A stretch of 64,000 nucleotides of DNA from assembly GCF_009914755.1 (NCBI RefSeq), contig NC_060925.1. One strand, 5' to 3'. This document shows, piece by piece, positions 58,961 to 64,000 of this stretch. Both the position numbers and the translations under genes were made by a program. Position 1 is the first letter of the stretch; each line of letters begins with the position of its first letter. Source of the stretch: the human T2T-CHM13v2.0 reference genome, Homo sapiens. Below the pieces are notes generated by a model. That model was given only the letters and a program-made list of their open reading frames with translations. It made no database searches and was not told the origin of the DNA.

Positions 58961-60330
58961 CTGGCAGCTTTTTGGATGTGCTTTTTAAACATGGTACTCT
59001 GCAATTTCCTGATAATATCCCTTTATATGTAATCACTTTTTAGTCATATTGTTGGTATCCAGGGAATCTTTTGATCTGCACAGTAGTACATTGGTTCTGG
59101 GATACTTTCTTGTCTTTTTTTTTTTTAAATTTTCTCCCTCTTTTCCTTTGATTCTCTTTTGAAGCTCTTATTATTCAAATATTAGACTTCCTGGATACTC
59201 TCTATTGTTTTTTCTTTGTCTCTCTCTCTTTTAAATCTTTGTGTTTCATTGCATTTTCAGAGACATTCCCTTGAACTTTCTTCAAAAGTTTCAATTCAGC
59301 TTTTCACCCTTTTAATTTCCATGAAGTTTTCTCCTCGTTGGTTATTTATTTATTTTTTTAAGTATGCTGGTTTTGTTTTATGGTTAGAGAATTTTCTTTT
59401 ATCTGTCTGAGGCTATAATTTTTTTTCCTCACCTGCATTATCTCTGAATCTATTGTATCATGTCTTTTGTTTATTTTGGTCCCCTTTTTATCTTTAAGAG
59501 TGATGCACCAAAAAAAAAAAAAAAAAAAAAAAAAGCTGACTAAAAGCTTTATAGTTAGGTGAGCCTTGTTGATTGGCATACTTCCCTACTGGGTGACCAG
59601 AGGACAAGTTGTTTTTACTGTTAGGGATCCCTATATGCTATTATCTGGAGGTATTTTTTTTGAGATCATTCTTTTTTTTCTAGAAAACTATGTTCAGTTT
59701 CCTATCTGGAGGTGTTTATGACTTGTCTACTTGCTTTTGAGGGCAGAACTGGGAAACTTAGCCAAAAAGCCCACCATTCAGGTTGTAGTCTCACTTTATC
59801 ACTGTTTTTACTTCTGTGTCTCATCTCAGCTCCCCTCTGCCTAGTAGCCCTCAGTTTCTCCAGAGAATAAATGTCTAATCTCCTGGTCGGTGGACTTTGT
59901 CATGTGGAGGAAGAGAAATAGACCCCTGGATGCACAGCAAAGATGCAAGAGACCTGGGATTCCAAACACTTATTTGTTAACAGTTGTGTCTCACCCCATG
60001 ATTTCAGCTTTAAACCCTACCCTCTCTCCTCCTCTTTACATCCTTAAAACTTCTAAGTGCTCAGCCTCTCCAGTTCTCTGTGGAAAAAACAGTTTGTTTC
60101 CTGTCATTATTGTCTTTTGTCAACCAATATTTTGGTTGTAAATTTCTCCACTGTATTAAATCATTTGCTTCTTTCTGACAAATATTGCTTACAAAATTGT
60201 GTTGCAATCTCTTTTCTGTTGTTGTCTCCTCTCTCACTTTCCTTGTTCTTGTTGTATAATACTCTTTTTAATGTTTCTGTCATCAATTTAATGTATTTGG
60301 ATACAAGCAATTTTTAATAGCAACTAAAAA
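58960..60330 (-). mobile_element. Old L1M 5'/ORF1-region-like fragment
   Basis: T-rich strand switch with L1M-like text (ttattcaaatattagacttcctggat). Boundaries approximate. Confidence 0.5.
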
Positions 60331-60791
60331 TATTTGTCCTCTGTTATTATGTGCAATAATCTTCTTAAAGGAAAAAAAACCTAGAGACACAGTCACATTT
60401 GTTCCATTTCTTATAAAGCTTAGACGTTATTTTTAGTTATAAATAAATATGTACTATGAGGCATATTCTGTTACGTCATTCACATGGGCTTGAGTCATGG
60501 GGATGCCAGCAGACAAGAATTTGAAAACATCCACCCACCTAACTATAATTCTTCCTTGAGCTTTTCAAGACTGAAGTCAAAGGTCACATCTTCCATGATG
60601 CCTTCACTGATAATTCTGGGTAAAGTTTGCTATTTTTCTCTTTATGTTCTTGCACATCTAAACCTCTTATTATAGTGTTTTTTACATTGTTCTATAAACA
60701 TTTATTTAGGGGAGTATCTTCCCCAGTGGACTGGAACTTTGCAAATTTAGAATCATGTCTTATGCTCTTTTGTATTACTTTTGCCTTCTAT

Positions 60792-61202
<411 letters not shown>

Positions 61203-61593
61203 TTGCCTTCTATATTATTATAGCCACAGATGTGTTTGCTAAAGAATAAAGGTCTCTAACGCCCATTTAATATGACTATTTCCTCCCTGCATAGTAGATA
61301 ATACTGTGAATAGGTTGGGGGATATCTGCTGGGGGGATTATAAACTAATTAGTATGCCAAAAATTAGATCAGTATCTATCATGTGTTTGATAGAAGATAT
61401 ACTCAAGCAGACAAGATATGATTATTGCCACGAACAGCTAACAGTCAGGTTAGTTGAATTTTTCTAATTATTTTAACCATTGGTTGCCAAAACCAGTACT
61501 AATTTTTTGAACTGATTTAAGATCCAGAAATTTCAACATGTCATAGAGAAATCCTTCAGAATTGAAACATTAATAATAGACTTATTATTTCAG

Positions 61594-61624
61594 TGTGTGT
61601 ATGTGTCTGTGTGTGTGTGTGTGT
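61594..61624. repeat. (TG)n microsatellite, interrupted
   Basis: Direct inspection. Confidence 0.85.
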
Positions 61625-62337
61625 TGTTTGCACATGTAAGAGAAGGGTGATTCATTTGGCTTAAGCAAAAAGTATAATGTGAAAGCACTAAGATTTCTTT
61701 TCCCAGCCTCAACTTGATACAAACGGATGAACAATTTACCATCTTATTTTCAGCTTTGGAAACAATACCAAATATTATTATTATTGTTGTTGTTACTAAT
61801 TATGAATTATAAAGAGACTCGCTTTCAAACTATGGTCATTTCTCAGCAACAAAAGAATAAAGAAAAATAAAGTGATTCTACCAAGAAGCTGACAAAATTG
61901 GTAATGCTTATCTAAACATTATCTGCCCTACTAATTTTACAGATTTCTAGCTTTAGGGCACTCTGATGTATATAAATCAATTTTTTTTCAAAAAGATTAA
62001 GTTAGAAGGTAGTCATTACAATTAAGCTTGTATTATGCTCCGCAAAAGGATTCACTAAAGGACACATTCAAATAAGGAGACATGTATTTCAAGTATTTGC
62101 TTACAGGTTACTAAATAAGAAATCTGAGGCTGGGCAATCAGGGAAATTAAAGATTAAATGCCATTGGATGTCCAGTGAAGATTAATATCTGTGAAATAAT
62201 ATCAAAAATTTGATTTACACACATACTTATAATAACCCATTAAATGAGATTGTCATGGCTGAGAGGATACCTTTGATTTTTATTTTCATTTCTTCTGATC
62301 AGAGTTCCTTAGATTTAACTGACACAAAATTTTGTAC

Positions 62338-62450
62338 CTTGAAGTGATGCCACGAATTGTGGGTGTTGGTATATCACTTGGAGTGTCTTCCACAGTGGTA
62401 ATTTGGGTTCCATTGCTTTTCACGCAGGCATATATTGTGCAGACTTCAAC
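62338..62450 (-). CDS. USH2A: Usherin coding exon (exon 47, 113 nt, phase 0-2): VEVCTIYACVKSNGTQITTVEDTPSDIPTPTIRGITS(R)
   Basis: Acceptor tttgcag|GTTGAA and donor AAG|gtacaa. Encodes an FN3 end and start. Joins the next exon in frame. Not present in the ORF track. Confidence 0.96.
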
Positions 62451-64000
62451 CTGCAAACATTAGTTTAGAAAAAATAAATGCAACCATTTTTGAAATACTT
62501 ACTAACAATAGTCTGAATCCCACCTTCCCTCATTTCACATGAATCTCTTGTATTTCTCTATAGCCTCTTGAGGTTTAATCAATATTCATTTTTGATGTTA
62601 ACTGACTCCAAAGGAATGAGCTCAGAGGAAGGTACGGAATTGGGATCAAGATAATTGATTTAGTAATGGGAATGATGATGTTTACTCTCTGGTTGCAACT
62701 ATTCACAAAGAGAAAGATACATTAATCTACTGAAGAGCATAGTCAAGGAATGGAAGATGCCCAAGTGACAGTTTGCAAGCATAACAGGTTATCACTGCTC
62801 ACTGTTCTCTAAATCTATAACTAAGTAGTGTAATGATGGTATCTTCTGGAAGTCTTGACACTGTAAAACAAATAGCCTAAATGCTAATGTCTAATGGAGG
62901 AAAAATGAGGCCTAGAGAAGCCTTCCAATATGGCTGAGGTATTTTATATCCATTTGTTCCAGATGCAATTGTATTTTTACCTTAATCACAGCAGAAAATC
63001 ATCATTCATCCCTTTAATTCTGCCACCTAATCTGAATAAAAACCGAGGAGGGTGGAATAACTGAAGATTAGAAATGGGGTTCATCAAGCATTAGTCACAC
63101 AAAAGGAACACGTTAACCAAGAGGGAGGAGAGAGAAATGAATATGCAAAAGATTGGGAACATCTGCAAAGCGATATCATTCTGCTCTCAATTAAAGGATA
63201 AACCAAAGAGAAACTGTACTTTTTACAGTGCTAATTTACTTTAAGCATCTAATATATAAATAGAGAAGGCAAGCTAGGTACTGATGAATCTTAAACATTA
63301 ATTCCGAGCTTTTATGTGAAACAGTTCTCTGTTCCTTTGGTGGTTGAGGAAAGGCAAATGGGATTCTTGTATTTACTAGATATGCTATTTTATTCATAGG
63401 GTACCTAAATGTTAGTTGAGGCATATGTTCATAATGCTGTATGAGTTGTGTTACTTATTGATGCCATATAGTCTTTTGAGGTATTAATAGTGGATATTTA
63501 AACACTATCAAGGGCCTACATTCTGAGCATGTCCAATTAAATCTGAAATAAAGGCAGATGAACTTAAAATATAATGCTGTAATATAATTAATGAAAATGA
63601 ACTTTATACATATTGGAAAAATTTGATTCTGTGATACATAATGAGATAACCCAGAATCAATTCAACTGAATTTATTATGTATCTAATATGTGCCAAATAT
63701 TATAATGGATATATGCACAAATAATCGTATTGATTCCTCATAACTCCATTTAAACAAATTTGCAGAGAAGCCAGGGAATATTGTCAAGCTGGTAAGATTT
63801 GGGATATCTGAGTTGTTCTCCACTGTACCCTACTGGCTTCTCATCTAAATGTTAAACATAACTTTAAGCTCTAAACTACTTAGGTATATTCAAATGTTTC
63901 TCCAGAAAACATTTCTTTTGATTCATTGGTCAAAGGAAAATGACCAATGACTACTGCTGGTAGCCAGATGATTATATATGTTTTAACCTCAAATGTTAGA

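Overview
AT-rich, repeat-laden primate DNA, almost certainly human chr1q41. The window holds nine consecutive internal coding exons of USH2A (usherin, long isoform) on the minus strand. I mapped each exon by its AG/GT boundaries. Sizes of 113, 199, 169, 219, 224, 205, 198, 155 and 199 nt splice into one open frame and match exons 47-55 as I recall them (about c.9259-10939, aa 3087-3647). They encode FN3 repeats and the Cys-Cys-rich region. The rest is intron, containing Alus, L1PA and L1M pieces, L2, MIR, Tigger1, Tigger2a, a Charlie element, MaLR LTRs, an LTR8-type solo LTR and a decayed ERV1 gag-pro-pol with nested insertions. I found no new gene or novel system. Best observations: (1) a latent 155-nt pseudoexon one base short of a consensus donor; (2) a templated ~165-bp duplication with a fold-back scar, creating direct repeats either side of in-frame exon 50; (3) a tail-to-tail inverted Alu pair at a palindromic target; (4) an FN3 domain apparently split by a phase-symmetric Cys-Cys exon cassette; (5) six of nine exons begin with GT, with a consensus-like regenerated donor at the exon 50/51 junction; (6) candidate conserved enhancers. 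Exon numbers, variant names and repeat subfamily names come from memory, not a database search.
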